Below are positions 12,234 to 25,738 of a stretch of DNA of 64,000 nt, in pieces. A program made the translations under genes and the position numbers. Source of the stretch: Octopus vulgaris (taxonomy: Eukaryota); assembly GCA_951406725.2 (NCBI GenBank), contig OX597826.1, positions 64,914,001 through 64,978,000 on the forward strand. The letters run 5' to 3'. Every line of letters starts with the position of its first letter. Position 1 is the stretch's first letter. Below the pieces are notes generated by a model. The model worked only from the letters and a program-made list of their open reading frames with translations, made no database searches and was not told the DNA's origin.

Positions 12234-12870
12234 ATTTCAAAAATTATAAATTTGAAAATGCTAAAAGAAAACCTATCCCTTGCATCTTCGACCAAGTTTT
12301 TTTTTCGGTATGTGGTGAAGCAACTTGTTGCTAAACCCTTATATTTATATATATATATATTAATTATAAACCGCCGGTCTGCGAGTAATTCTTGTTTTTT
12401 ATATAATTTTCATCTGTCTTGTCCGCATATTGTTCTGGTGTCTGCTGAATTTTTCTCTAGAGAACATTTTTTTATTTGTAGTTTGATCGTTGGTGATCTA
12501 CTTCTAGCATACGGCTGACCACTTAGTGTTTTTTTAGCCCTTTAAATATACACATGTATTAGAATTTTCTCTGATTTTTCAGATTTTTGTATGCTAGGCT
12601 ACAGGTTTTAAATTGATATTAATTAAATTAATATTCAATTTATCTCTCTCATTATTTAAATGTTTTATATATATATATATCTCATCATCATCATCATCAT
12701 CATTTAGCGTCCGCTTTCCATGCTAGCATGGGTTGGACGGTTCAACTGGGGTCTGTGAAGCCAGAAGGCTGCATCAGGCCCAGTCTGATCTGGCAGTGTT
12801 TCTATGGCTGGATGCCCTTCCTAATGCCAATCACTCCGTGAGTGTAGTGGGTGCTTTTTACGTGCCACCC

Positions 12871-12906
<36 letters not shown>

Positions 12907-13789
12907 GTGTCATCATCATTTAATATCCATATTCCATGCTGACATGGGTTGGATGGTTGAATAGCATCTGAGAGGTCCAAGGACTACATTGTGCTACAGA
13001 GCCTGATTTGGCATGGTTTCAATGGCGGGGTGCCCTTCATAATGCCAACCACCTTACAGAGTACTGATTGCTAGAGTTTTGTGACACCAACACTTGAGAT
13101 TTTGTCATGTAGATGCCCTTTGCCTGAGTGCAGCTAAAATAGAGCGGAAAATGCATAATAGAACTGTGAAAGGGAATGAATAATGTGAAAATGAATACAG
13201 AATTTACCAAGAATGGGATTGTGGAACATTCTACGTTTTTCTCAAATGAATTGATTGTGTGTATAAGACTTTTTCACTTCCCAAGCATTATACTAATACA
13301 TCTATTTGTTGTCTACACCACCTGTCTTTGTCTTTTTTTTTTTTTGTGAATTCTCCGTATATACATATATACATCAGGTATCTTATAGTTTCCAACTACC
13401 AAATCCACACACAAGGCTTTGGTCAGCCCAAGGCCTTAGTAGAAGACACTTACTCTAGGTGCCACTCAGTGAGACTGAACCTAAAACCATGTGGTTGGGA
13501 AGCAAGCTTCTTACCACACAGCTATGCCTATCATCCTCATCATTTAACATCCGTTTTCCATGCTGGCATGGGTGGGTTGGTTGGTTGGTTGGTTTAACAG
13601 GGGCTGGCAAGGACAAGGACCACACCAGGTTCCCTAGTCTGTTTTGGTTTGATTTCTACAGCTGGATGCCCTTCCTAATGCCAACCACTTTACAGAGTGT
13701 AGTGGGTCTTCTTTTACATGGCATTCTCACCAGGTTTGGTGGTGCCAACAGGAAAACAGAACTCAAAGCATAAGTATATTCTTTACTCT

Positions 13790-14177
13790 TACTCTTTTAC
13801 TTGTTTCAGTCATTTGACTGTGGCCATGCTGGAGCACTGCCTTTAGTCGAGCAAATCGACCCCAGGACTTATTCTTCGTAAGCCTTACTCTATCAGTCTT
13901 TTTACTGGACCACTAAGTTACGGGGACGTAAACACACCAGCATCGGTTGTCAAGCAATGCTGAGTGTGGCAAACACAGACACACAAAGATATACACACAC
14001 ATACATATGTATACATATATATGACTGGCTTCTTTCAGTTTCCGTCTACCAAATTCACTCATAAGGCTTTGGTCAGGCCAAGGCTATAGTAGAAGACACT
14101 TGTCCAAGGTGCCACGCAGTGGGAATGAACCCGGAACCATGTGGTTGGTAAGCAAGCTACTTACCACACAGCCACTT
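13790..14177 (-). mobile_element. SINE family A
   Basis: Reverse complement of the family A sequence. Confidence 0.85.
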
Positions 14178-14511
14178 TTATTAGGATCTTTTCTGTTTGG
14201 CTGCCACTTTTCAATTTCAATTTTTGTTCCAATTGATTTCATAATTGGTGTCTTCGTGTAGTTTTGTATGATAATCATTAACATGAAATACATTTTCGCA
14301 ATAAATCAATAAATAAAGAGTTAATAGCTTTTAAAGTTTACATATTTTGGGTAATTTTAGCCAAACAAAAGTCACAGGCATACAGGTGCCTGTCTCCTTC
14401 TGTTGTGGTTCTGTCAATCCATGCTGTCATTTTTCACTTATTAAATGCTTAAAACACGAGGTATTGTATGTTCGTGAGATGTGCTAAAAATAACAGCTAA
14501 ATAGGCCTTAA

Positions 14512-14731
14512 CCCTTTTGTTACCAACCCGGCTGAAACCGGCTCTGGCCCTGAGTACAAATGTCTCGTTTTCATAAGTTTTGAATTAAAATCTTCCTCCA
14601 AACTTTAGTTTCAATTTATGCTCCTAACACTAGCTTAATGATAACTAAGTTATTTTACTAAATTCTTTGTTATATTTAAAGTAATTAAAAGAAACACAGA
14701 GCATCTCAAAATAAATACAGTAACAAAAGGG
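14512..14731. mobile_element. piggyBac-like MITE
   Basis: TTAA on both sides and TIR CCCTTTTGTTAC/GTAACAAAAGGG. Related copies at ~843-1036, 39274-39495, 41789-42000 and 53990-54195. Confidence 0.85.
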
Positions 14732-15069
14732 TTAAATCACACACCAAAAAATTTCTTTTCTGTTTTTGCATTAACTTATGAATTCCCCTGTGCAGAATAC
14801 AAATTCTCAAAAATTTTCTGAAAATTCCAAAAAGCAGAATTCCACCAATATTTCATTTGTTTATAGTTGACAACACCTGTTGTCATGCACAAAATGACAA
14901 CATTCAAATCCTGTTTTCTGATTGGGTAAAAAAATTATCAAACTTTAGAAGAATATTGGTCCAAATTTGAGGACAACCTATATCTGATTCTAAGGGCCTG
15001 TCATGCCAAGTTTGAATGTGATTGGTTAACTGGTTTTTGCGTGCATTGGTAACAAACAGAAAAACAAGC

Positions 15070-15116
<47 letters not shown>

Positions 15117-15705
15117 TAGATAGCAGACAGACAAAGATATGCTTTTATTTATCGCTGTTATTTATTCATTTATTTTTTCATCTGATATTTAATGCTAAGA
15201 TGAGTTGGATGGGAAGTTCTTTGAGGTAGGATTATACAGCCAGATGTTCTTGTCGTCCACTAACATTTTTGCTGTTCCAGTGGTCTTGAAAAGCTCAGAG
15301 CAACTAATATTAATGTTAACAAGGAATGTGAACATAAACTCTTTTTCACAAATGTGCTTATAAATATGGAATATCAACATTCATACACACTCACATCACT
15401 TGTTACATTAATATAGAGGAGAAGTGATGGCTTTCTCTAGCTGCTTTATTTGCTTGAATATATTTTGATAATAGAAAGAAATTAGAAAGTAAAATAATTA
15501 ATTACAAAAATGAAATAATAATTATATTAAATATTAGAGGAGAGAAAAGAAGTACGGCAGTGACCAATATATTAGAATGTATAGTATGGCGAGATATTGG
15601 TTATTCTTATGTAGTCACAGTTCAGTCATCAGTGAACAGACCTAAGATAAAGGGTGTTCCATTCGTGACTTATCGTAGTTATTTGTGGTATATCATTATT
15701 CAATG

Positions 15706-15989
15706 TTTTATTGTGTCTGGGGAGAGTCATTCTCTTTTAGTGCCTTATTAATTTAACATGCTCTCCGATTTCCACTCATTTTTTTATTTATTTTTACTAA
15801 AGTTTTCTCTGCAACTTGCAACTTTTTCAATAATCGCTGACTCTGTCCCGAGTCAGTGACTATTGAAAAGGCTGCAAGTCACAAAGAAAATTTTATTAAA
15901 AATAAATAAATAAGTAAATGAATGAAAATTGGAGATTGTGTTAAATTAATAAGGCACTAAAAGAGAATGACTCTCCCCAGACAATAAAA
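15706..15989. mobile_element. Fold-back MITE (~285 bp palindrome)
   Basis: gtctggggagagtcattctcttttagtgccttattaatttaaca pairs with tgttaaattaataaggcactaaaagagaatgactctccccagac. Complementarity continues to the central gactc-tgtccc-gagtc. Confidence 0.85.
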
Positions 15990-16354
15990 TATGCTTTAAC
16001 ACACAAATTCACATAAAGAATCTTGCAAACCAAATATAAAAACGAAATTATCCAATGTATCCTTAATTTTTTTAAGATAGTAGAATGTCATTAGCTCTCT
16101 CTCCCTAAGTCAACATTTTAATGACCTAAAGTTGATGAACCAACTAATGTGCTTCTTCATTTTCTTATTTGCAATATAAATTAATGGTAAAATATTTCTT
16201 TACCTTCACCCATTTAATACAATAGGTAAGTTAATTGCAATGCAATTAAAAACGCTTGTGTATTAATAATTGGATATTCTACCAACAGTATATTGGATAA
16301 ATATTATCCCTTAGTGGGTTGGACCCACAACCCCTAACTTTCTTGGTATATATA

Positions 16355-16383
<29 letters not shown>

Positions 16384-16385
<2 letters not shown>

Positions 16386-16564
16386 GAGGAGGTGCTGAAA
16401 AGTTTGTGACTTTAGGTAAAAGAAAACACAGAAGGATTCATACGCTTATTGCAGCAGTCCTTCAGTTTTTCTAAGCCCTATAAGAGAACTCAGAAGATTG
16501 GGTTGCCAACCAGGCCATTTGTGATACCCTTAAAGTCAGGAACTTTTCAGCACCCTCCCCCCAT
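16384..16564. mobile_element. Mariner-like MITE
   Basis: TIRs gaggaggtgctgaaaagtt / aacttttcagcaccctcc, flanked by TA-rich sequence. Confidence 0.6.
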
Positions 16565-16565
16565 A

Positions 16566-16616
<51 letters not shown>

Positions 16617-16620
<4 letters not shown>

Positions 16621-16809
16621 TTTTATTCTTTTAATTGTTTCAGTCATTTGGCTGTAGCCAGGCTGGAGCACCACCTGAAAGGGTTTTAGTCAAAGAAATC
16701 GACCCTAGGACTTATTCTATCTGTCTCTTTTGCCAAACGATTAAGTTATGGATACATAAACAAACCAACATCAGTTGTCAAGTGATGGTGGGGGGACGAA
16801 CACAGATGC

Positions 16810-16870
<61 letters not shown>

Positions 16871-17030
16871 ACGGGCTTCTTTTCAGTTTCCATCTACCAA
16901 ATCCACTCACAAGGCTTTAGTCAGCCTGAGGCTATAATAGAAGACACTTGCCCAAGGTGCCCTGCAGTGGGACTTAACCTGGAACTATGTGGTTGGGAAG
17001 CAAGCTTCTTATCACACATCTATGCCTGTG
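16617..17030 (-). mobile_element. SINE family A with expanded internal (TA)n
   Basis: Reverse complement of the family A sequence. Confidence 0.8.
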
Positions 17031-17099
17031 CATACCAGTTTAATGCACAACCAAAAGAGCTACTAATAGTTTCATGCTTTTATGAATTTGCTTTATTTC

Positions 17100-17560
17100 A
17101 TCTGCAATTCTCAGCTTCTTTCTCATCTTTTTAAATCCTTGTCTAGTTCTCGTCTCCATCATCAGCAATGTCCACCTATTTTTTCATTGTCCATATAAGA
17201 GACTTCATGTTGTTCTTGCAAATATCTTTAAAATGAAGGAAAAGATGATTTATGTCTTCCCTTGCCAGAGGCCAGTTCACCTTAAAGATGGTCTTTCAGG
17301 ATCCTACCATCTGACATACACTCTGTCAGCCTATAGAGCTATCATTATTGGTATAGGATGAAGGATCTAGGTATCTTTGCACAGGCCTAAGCTTATTTGT
17401 TAGTGACTCACTTTTTCTGCTTGATGATCAGAATCTGTCTAAGGCAGCGTAGGTGGAAAATATTGAGATGACTCTCCTGTCTGGAGTAGATGCTTCAGGA
17501 CTCTCTACTTTAGGGCAGTGTGGTGAAGACTCAAGCTCTATAGACTGCAACTTTCATGTG
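17100..17560 (-). mobile_element. Decayed RTE-clade LINE 3' ORF fragment
   Basis: Frame-broken MSDGRILKDHL*GELASGKGR...FKDICKNNMKSL. Confidence 0.65.
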
Positions 17561-17627
17561 CACAATTAGCTTGCTGTTTTTTTTTCATATATATCTATAA
17601 TGTATATATATATATGTATATAAAATA

Positions 17628-18010
17628 GGCGCAGGAGTGGCTGTGTGGTAAGTAGCTTACTTACCAATCACATGGTTCTGGGTTCAGTCCCACTGCGTGG
17701 CACCTTGGGCAAGTGTCTTCTTACTATAACCTCGTGCTGACCAAAGGCTTGTGAGTGGATTTGGTCGACAGAAACTGAAAGAAGCCTGTTGTATATATAT
17801 GTATATGTTGTGTATCTGTGTTTGTCCCCCCAACATCGCCTGACAACTGATGCTGGTGTGTTTAGGTCCCCGTAACTTAGTGGTTTGGCAAAAGAGACCG
17901 ATAGAATAAGTACTAGGCTTACAAAGAATAAGTCCTGGAGGCGATTTGATTTGGCTAAAGGCGGTGCTCCAGCATGGCCACAGTCAAATGACTGAAACAA
18001 GTAAAAGAAA
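17628..18010 (+). mobile_element. SINE family A
   Basis: Runs from ggcgcaggagtggctgtgtgg to gaaacaagtaaaag. Confidence 0.88.
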
Positions 18011-19344
18011 TATATATATACACACACACATACACACACATATGCATGTATGTATATATGGGAGAAAATTCCACACACACATATATCCATTACATATAAT
18101 ATATTCTCCCCAGAACAGGACTCTGGGTCCATCACGGGAGTATTCAGTTTTGCCTGCTGAGTGGACTGGAATAATGTGAAATAAAAGTCTTTCACTCAAA
18201 AACACAACACATTGCCCAGTCCAGGAATCAAAATCACAATCTTACAATCATAAGTCCAACAACTTAACCAGTAACCCATGTGCTTCCACCATCTACAGCA
18301 AGACACCTATCTCAGTCCCTTTATACCTTTAACCTTCCATCAAATGATACAAAGCCACCCCATTCAATACTATTCCTCACTTCCAGTTGAGTGGTTTTTG
18401 TTTTGCAAGATACTTAGTGACCCTGTCAGTGCTGGACCATGTAAAAAGCATCGATACTGATGCCACTTAAAAAGCACTGCTGATGGTACCTCATAAAAAG
18501 TACTGGCATTAGAAAGGGAATCCAGCCATAGAAATCACGCCAAAACAGACAAGGGAGCCTGGTGTGGTTCCCAACCCTACCATCTCCTGTCAAACCAGCC
18601 AACCCATTCCAGCATGGAAAATGGATATTAAACGGTGACCATGATAATGATGACTCCAGTTTAGGAGGCAGGAGAGCTTGAGGACTGTGTTGTGTACAAA
18701 GGCATCCTTTCAAGAGTTGCACTGCTGATTAGATGCTGCCCAGTTCTTTAGGAATGATTGAGATCCTCAAAGTATTTTAGGGTTGCATTTAAATTTTTTT
18801 TTTCTTGAACACTTGCTGTAGAGCTATGGGTGAACTATGTGGAGTACTGAAGACAATGCATTTTTGCAGTGTGTTGTATGATGTTGAGGTACTTAAGAGA
18901 AGGGATAGTTTCAGTTGTTGCCCAGTTATTTTTAATGAGTCAGGAGTAAAGTGTCAGTAATACTGGGAATAATTAGCATAAAATTGGTACAGGTCCTGCT
19001 ATTGACTAATTTGAAGAGTCATAGAGCATAAGAGGAGGTAAGTATTGTTTAGTATATAATTGTGTGTTGTATTATGAGGAGACAATGAAGTGCTCAGGTG
19101 GCCCAGTAGGGTCAGAGACAGTTACGGTTTGGTGGAGAATAGGTTTTGAGGTCAGTGAGACCAAGAATGTTTAGGATCCCTGTGTGTTAGGGTGAAGTGG
19201 AAAGAAGTTAGTGTAAGGATGAGAACTGCAAACGATTTCAGCTTCTGCATTGGCAGTATAAGAATGGGATGAATGTGTGACCCGCAAATAGTTGTGAACT
19301 ATACATTCCTAGTGCAGAAGGAGATGTCATAAAAAAAATTACTA

Positions 19345-19745
19345 GGCGCAGGAGTGGCTGTGTGGTAAGTAGCTTGCTTACCAACCACATGGTTCCGGGT
19401 TCAGTCCCACTGCGTGGCATCTTGGGCAAGTGTCTTCTGCTATAGCTCCGGGCCGACCAATGCCTTGTGAGTGGATTTGGTAGACAGAAACTGAAAGAAG
19501 CCTGTTGTATATATGTATATATATATGTATGCGTGTGTGTTTGTGTGTCTGTGTTTGTCCCCCTAGCATTGCTTGACAACCGATGCTGGTGTGTTTACGT
19601 CCCCGTCACTTAGCGGTTCGGCAAAAAGAGACCGATAGAGTAAGTACTGGGCTTACAAAGAATAAGTCCCGGGGTCGATTTGCTTGACTAAAGGCGGTGC
19701 TCCAGTATGGCCGCAGTCAAATGACTGAAACAAGTAAAAGAAGAT
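19345..19745 (+). mobile_element. SINE family A, full length
   Basis: Very similar to the copies at 9697 and 51589. Confidence 0.9.
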
Positions 19746-19879
19746 AAAAGAAGAAAGTGGTTGCAGATGTGCAATGAGTAATAAAAGGAGAAAATGTATT
19801 TTAGAGAATGAGGTAGAGATACCTTGAGCCAGAGTAACTAGATGTTGTTATTACCTCCTCATGTATAGTTAATCAGGTG

Positions 19880-21150
19880 TAGAGGAAATTATCATACCTA
19901 ACAAGGAGACACCATAGAGAGAAGTAATTACAGGTGTGTCAAATTACTAGACCAGGTTATGAAAGTTACAGAAAGAGTTATAGCTCTACTAATTAGTTAT
20001 ATTAGAAACAATGCAGTCTGTTTTTGTGCCAAGGAGAAGGACTCCTGATGTTCTCTTTCAAGCACCTGCACATGTATTTAGCCAAATGTAAACCTCTGTA
20101 CTTAATATTCATCGACCTAGAAAAATCCTTTGACAAAAAAGAACCTCTGCTTCCTGATCTAGTGGAAACTAGGAGTAGACAAATGGTTGGTGAGAGCCAT
20201 TCAAGCCATATTACAGTGGTGGCTGTCAGTAAGGTGAAAGTTAGCAATAAGTGCAGCAATGAATTCAGTGTGCAGAAAGAAGTTTGCCAGGGCTTGGTTC
20301 TTAATCTCTTTAGATTTATCATAGTCCCCTGATAAATTGCCTGTGAGAACACCTCTGTTCTGATGACTTTATACTTTTAGCTCTGAATCTGCAATAGAAT
20401 TGGGAATGAAATTCCAGGTGTCGAAGCAAACCTGGAATCAAAGGGCCATAATGTTAAATTTAGCAAAAAATCAAAGTTCTTTTAAGCAGAAAAACTGACA
20501 GGATGCTTATTTCTGCAGGACATGTAGAAAAGGTGTTGGTAGAAATTCCATAGATATACCTAATGCAAACAATGGACTCATAAGAAGTGCAGTGGAATGA
20601 CAGGAAGGTTGACAAAGAAAATAGACTTTGTTGTAGAAGATGTGCAAGAACAATAAACACTACTAAGAACACATGCAAAGTCAATTTTTTCAAATGCCCA
20701 ATAGGATCCTTAAAGGTAATTAATAGTTTCTGTCACCTAGGTGATCTAAAGTTCAGTGAAAGGCAGATTGTATGATGCTTATGTGGGCCTTGAATGCAGA
20801 GGACATGCAAAGACTAAAAAGAAATGAAGCTGGTTATGCTCTGCTGGACGTGCAACATCAGTGTGTATGTCTGACGAAGTGCAAATGTGTCGAGAAAAAA
20901 TCTTAGGCATAAGAGGCATTAGATTTAGAGTGCAAGAGAGAAGAGTGCTGGTGTGGTCATGTGATGCATATGGATGAGGACAGCCTGCATAAAGGATTAC
21001 CGATTGAAGTAGATAGAACCTGTGGAAGAAGGAAATCCAGGAAGACATGGGACAAAGTAGTGAACAACATCATATTGTTAAAGCCTCACAGAGATGACAA
21101 AAAGACCAAAATGATTGGCAATACACTGTGCTTGAGAAAACTTGTCCTCT
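19880..21150 (+). mobile_element. Decayed RTE-clade LINE (RT to C-terminus)
   Basis: NYRCVKLLDQVMKVTERVIA, YLAKCKPLYLIFIDLEKSFD, EFSVQKEVCQGLVL and CGRRKSRKTWDKVV, with many frameshifts. Confidence 0.85.
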
Positions 21151-21894
21151 TCAGCACCAATGAGGTCCTAAAAGCTTATTATGTCTAATTCCCTGCACCC
21201 AGTTTGTGCCAAGCCTTTCCGACAACTCATCTTCCTAACACCCATCCCTCCATCACTCTTCTAACTCTGGCACTATTTACTCAACTACTGTAATCATATG
21301 AGAGCAGAACTGCACGTATTTCATCTCCATTTTGTTATCCCACTTCTTGGAACCACTTCCTTTTGTCATCCATCCCACAATCTCTTACATCATTCTTTTC
21401 TTCCACTTCATTTTCCACTGAATACTCTCTTATATCCACCCACCCACCTTTATTCATCATTCACTGTATCCACCCTCCACCTCAGCATAACTCTGACTTC
21501 TATCTCTGTCATTGTGCTCTCCCATCTCCACACACTTCACATCATCTCTTTATTTCCGATCTACATTTGGTTTCATTACACTACAGCTCTCCACATTTTT
21601 TCTGCCACTTATCACCTTCTCCTCCCTGACTCCTACTTCCTTCACCTTCCTCCTTTTCCCAAACTGATATTCACCATTGCCCCTGTCCACCTGAAACATG
21701 TAAAGCTTGCTTTCTCTATTAAGCTTTCTGTGATCTTTGTAACATTTCTTGTGCGTCCACAGTTTACACTGGATGTACCATATGGAATTCCTTTCTGCTC
21801 CTTTTCTACATATAGAGCAACGCCATTTTTTTCTGATGGAAGTGGGCTTCTGTCTTCTTTCCTACTTATCAATACCCTAATCTCTGCTAAATTC

Positions 21895-22665
21895 ACTTAA
21901 GGAACCCTATCAAAGAATCTTTCCTTGATCGACAAAAGCTTAGCAAGATACTTCTGCAGTCATCCCAACTGGAAGATGGCATCAGTAGTGCTTCTTCCTG
22001 GCACAAAATCAAACTACATAGTATTTACTGTATTTTCTGGCATAGTATGTAGTGTAAACATTCAAACATAGTCACTATCTTTCCAAATCTTGCTGCATTT
22101 CACATTAAATATTTGGTCCTCCAAGGTTGTCTTGGTATATATGTCGACCTACCTTTTTTTTTGGTTGTAAATTTTAGTCTGAAAATTTCATCTTGTATGC
22201 TGGAAAATACAGGACATTTAATTCTCTTCCTAATCAATTGTGCTATAACTCTTTCTGTAACCTTCATAACTTGGTGTGACACTTTAAAATTTCTGTAGTT
22301 TCCCCTCTTTAATGCATCATCTTTGCCTCTGTAGCATTTGGTAATGACACTGCTATGCCAGTCATTTGGGTATGACACCCTCATGTACTACTTGATTTAC
22401 TATAAGGTGACCAGTCTACATCTCATTCAGCCAGAGATTTTTAAGCATCTCTGGTTGCACCTGGTGGACCAAGCACCTTTCCTGTCTTCATAACTTTAAT
22501 TGCTCTTTTCACAATACTGCTATCAGCTTGGATGGCTGGTCCCATAGTTAGGCCTACTTGAAGTAGACTCGCCATCTCATGCATTCTCCCCATTATCCAA
22601 AAATCTCTTGTAACAGCACTTCCATGCCTCTTTCTTTGTATTGTCTGTAAGAGCAAAAGCACTCA
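21895..22665 (-). mobile_element. Decayed RTE-clade LINE RT fragment (opposite orientation)
   Basis: VKRAIKVMKTGKVLGPPG, PNDWHSSVITKCYRGKDDALKRGNYR...VMKVTERVIAQLIRKRI and DFVPGRSTTDAIF. Confidence 0.85.
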
Positions 22666-22671
22666 CTTTTT

Positions 22672-23527
22672 TTAACACACCTTCCCCAATAATCCAGTTG
22701 GTTGATGTATGCATTCGCTGCAATTGACTTACCAGGTCTTGTGAAGCTGTAGGGGATGACACCAGCACTGGACCACCAAACAGACACTATAAGCTTTTTT
22801 TTGGTGAATATTATTTTTTGCATTGTGTTTTGGCATTTTGTCTCTATCCAACTACCATGCAGAACATTTGCTATTGTTGAAAAGAATCCATTTTTCATCA
22901 CATATAACAATATGATGCAAAAATGGTTTACTTTTCTGCCGTGACAGCAAAGAACAGCAAGTTTCAAGATGATGTGTCATTTGATGCTTGTTCAGTTCGT
23001 GTGGTACCCACTTGTCCAGCTTCTTTACCTTGCTGATTTGTTTCAGATGGTCCAATACAGTTGGAATTGAAACATCTAACTTTGCTGCTAATTCAAGCAT
23101 AGTTTGAGATGTATTCACTTCCACTACATTTTCCAGCTCATCATTATCCACCTTGGTCCCAGGTCTACCATGGGGCTGATTTTCAAGAGTAAAGTCACCA
23201 GACTGAATCTTCTCAAACCGTTGATGTATGGTGCACTCATTTTGCCACATTTTCATCAAACACCTCATTGATGTTTTCAGCAGTCTTGTATGCATTGGTT
23301 CCACAATGGAACTCATATTCATAAACAACATGAACTTTTGATCTATCAATGGGTTCACAAAAATTGACTTACAAGAGAAAACTCACAATACAATCAAACA
23401 TCATGAATTGCATTTCGAAAAGTGAGGACGTAACTCTTCAATGTTGTAAAACAAAAGAATTGTCAGGATAAAACATTAGAGTTAACAACTTTCAAACTTG
23501 GACATTTCATTTGCAATGACCTGATAT
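22672..23527 (-). mobile_element. Mariner (DD34D, Hsmar1/cecropia-like) transposase pseudogene, 3'-truncated
   Basis: GRP motif, KKLDKWVPHEL, IVICDEKWILFNN and VSVWWSSAGVI. Frameshifted and lacking the later catalytic motifs. Confidence 0.92.
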
Positions 23528-23530
23528 ATA

Positions 23531-24031
23531 TCTATATATATAAAACTGTAGTTGTGTGAGTGTCTGTCCCCTTCGATTTAGATTCCTAACTACTCCCACA
23601 TTTTGCGGTGCAGTTTAACCAAATTCGGGTATCTTATAGTCGTGATTCATATCGAGCCCGTCTGAGTATTAGCGCGCGTCTACGATGAGTCTACGATTTT
23701 AAAAATAATTTAACATCATTTTTTATTCCATTTTAATGCATAATATTTCGTGTGTCGATGGCGTCCATGGTCACACCTGCACCTGTTTGCTTCTCCCCCT
23801 TCTTCCCTCCCTCGTGAAGCTGTGGGGAAGGGAGTGTAAGGAAATCAACGTCGTAAAGCATTGTCAAGGAGACCAGCGTTCTTTTAGAACAACGACTTCA
23901 TGGCTTGAAGACACCAAAACCGAAATGGCTAAGAAAGCCCGAATTGGCATCTATAAGGGAAGTAACTCTCTAAAAATGCTTATATAGTTATTTCCCTTAC
24001 AAACCCAAGCAAAGCCGGGCGATACTGCTAG
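23531..24031 (+). mobile_element. Non-autonomous Helitron
   Basis: A|TCTATATAT...gccgggcgatactgCTAG|T. The 3' ~75 bp is shared with 11273-11645. Confidence 0.8.
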
Positions 24032-24544
24032 TTAAATATATAAGTCAAAAACACTTTGCTGACTGTAATCATCATCATCGTTTAACGTCCGTTTTCCGCG
24101 CTAGCACGGGTTGGACGGTTCGACCGGGGTCTGGGGAGCCAGGGGCTGCTCCAGTCTGGTCTGGCAGTGTTTCTACAGCTGGATGCCCTTCCTAACGCCA
24201 ACCACTCCACGAGTGTAATAGTTAATAAAATAGAAATAAGATTTTAAAATTTATTTTTTCTAGTACTGTCCCACAATCCAGTAGTTGGAGACCCCTGCTT
24301 TATGGTATTGTCTACAAATTTCTTCCCATTTCATCTTTTTTGGCTAAGACCTTGCCCCAGCCACAGTTTAGATCTATCACCCTCAATAGGTTGAAATTCC
24401 CAATTATCCTCTACATTGTTATTTTCTATCTGTGCCTCAGTCTTGTCATCTTAATGTTTCTAAATATGTCACTGGTTGTTAGCTCTTTCAGTTTTCATGT
24501 CTTTCTTATCCAAGATTGTCATCTATTCTTGTGTTCATACTTTA

Positions 24545-24880
24545 AAGTTTTGATCCTTCTTCATTTTGTATATCATAGCCAAGTTCTCCATGAAGCATAA
24601 GTTAGCAGATCCCTCACACTGTTGACCAATATGTCCATTAAAATCACTGGTTACAATGATGAAGTTACCATTATTTGTTTTGGAGGTGGTGGCCTGCAGA
24701 AGAGTTACATAAAAGTAGTCCTACTGTTTATCCAATAGACCTGATTGTGGTGCATAAGCAGAGAGAAATGCCGCTGTTGTGTTGATGAAGAGCAGCTTAA
24801 TTATTCTATCACACACCCTGACTACACCAATTATCTGAACTATCCATTTCTCTGCTTCTAAGATACACACTCCTACTCCA
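24545..24880 (-). mobile_element. RTE LINE AP-endonuclease fragment (related copy at 25590-26200)
   Basis: SAYAPQSGL and DFNGH motifs. The second copy is interrupted by SINE D. Confidence 0.75.
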
Positions 24881-25738
24881 CCAGTCTCGTATATATATAC
24901 ATACATACATACACATACACACACACACACACACATGTATGTACATGCATACATACATTCGCCTAGAACACTTCATTTGTTTCCCATTATTTGTCCATTA
25001 ATTCTTATCTTTACCCATGCTTTCATTGATCTCCCACCCTCTTTGTACCTCCAGATTATCTCACTTTCTTCTGCAACCATACATCCCACCCTCATACACT
25101 CTGCCTGCCTCTCTCTCTCTCTCTTCTCTGTCCACTTCTGCAACCTACCTGACATGTCATCTCTCATCCTTCCGTTTACTGTACCATCCTTTCTATTTTG
25201 CTGTCCCACACCCCACCCTGCACCATGAGACATCCCCCAAATCATAACAGAGGAGTTCAAGACCAGGTGATCATAGCTACTCATATTTGATGACCTTGTT
25301 TTTCTAACTGAATGTGCAGTAGAATTTGAAAAGGAATCAGTCAAGAGACCTCACAGTAAACATTGAAGTGTTAGTATGTTGGAAAAAATAGGACTCTACT
25401 ACCATTATAAAGCAGCCATGGTCAATATGTAGAAAAGGAGCAGGTAGAAATTCCATACAGTGCACTTAGAGTAGACTGTGGGTACACAATAGGGAATCAT
25501 AGGCAAGCAAACAGAGTAGGTAGTTTTTGCATATGGCAGGTGCATAGAGGCAATAATTACAATGAGCACATGTAAAAATAGGTCTCTCTAAGTTTTGATC
25601 CTTCTTCATTTTGTATACCATAGTCAAAGTCTTCATGAAGTGAATGCATGCAAAACCCTCACACTGTTTTCCTCTATGTCCATTAAAATCGTTAGTTATG
25701 ACAATGAAGTTATTTGTTTTGGAGGTGGTGGCCTGTGA

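Noticed and set aside
21298-21900. 200-aa hydrophobic ORF
   Set aside because: Pyrimidine-rich low-complexity sequence between decayed RTE fragments, with no domain signature or splice context.
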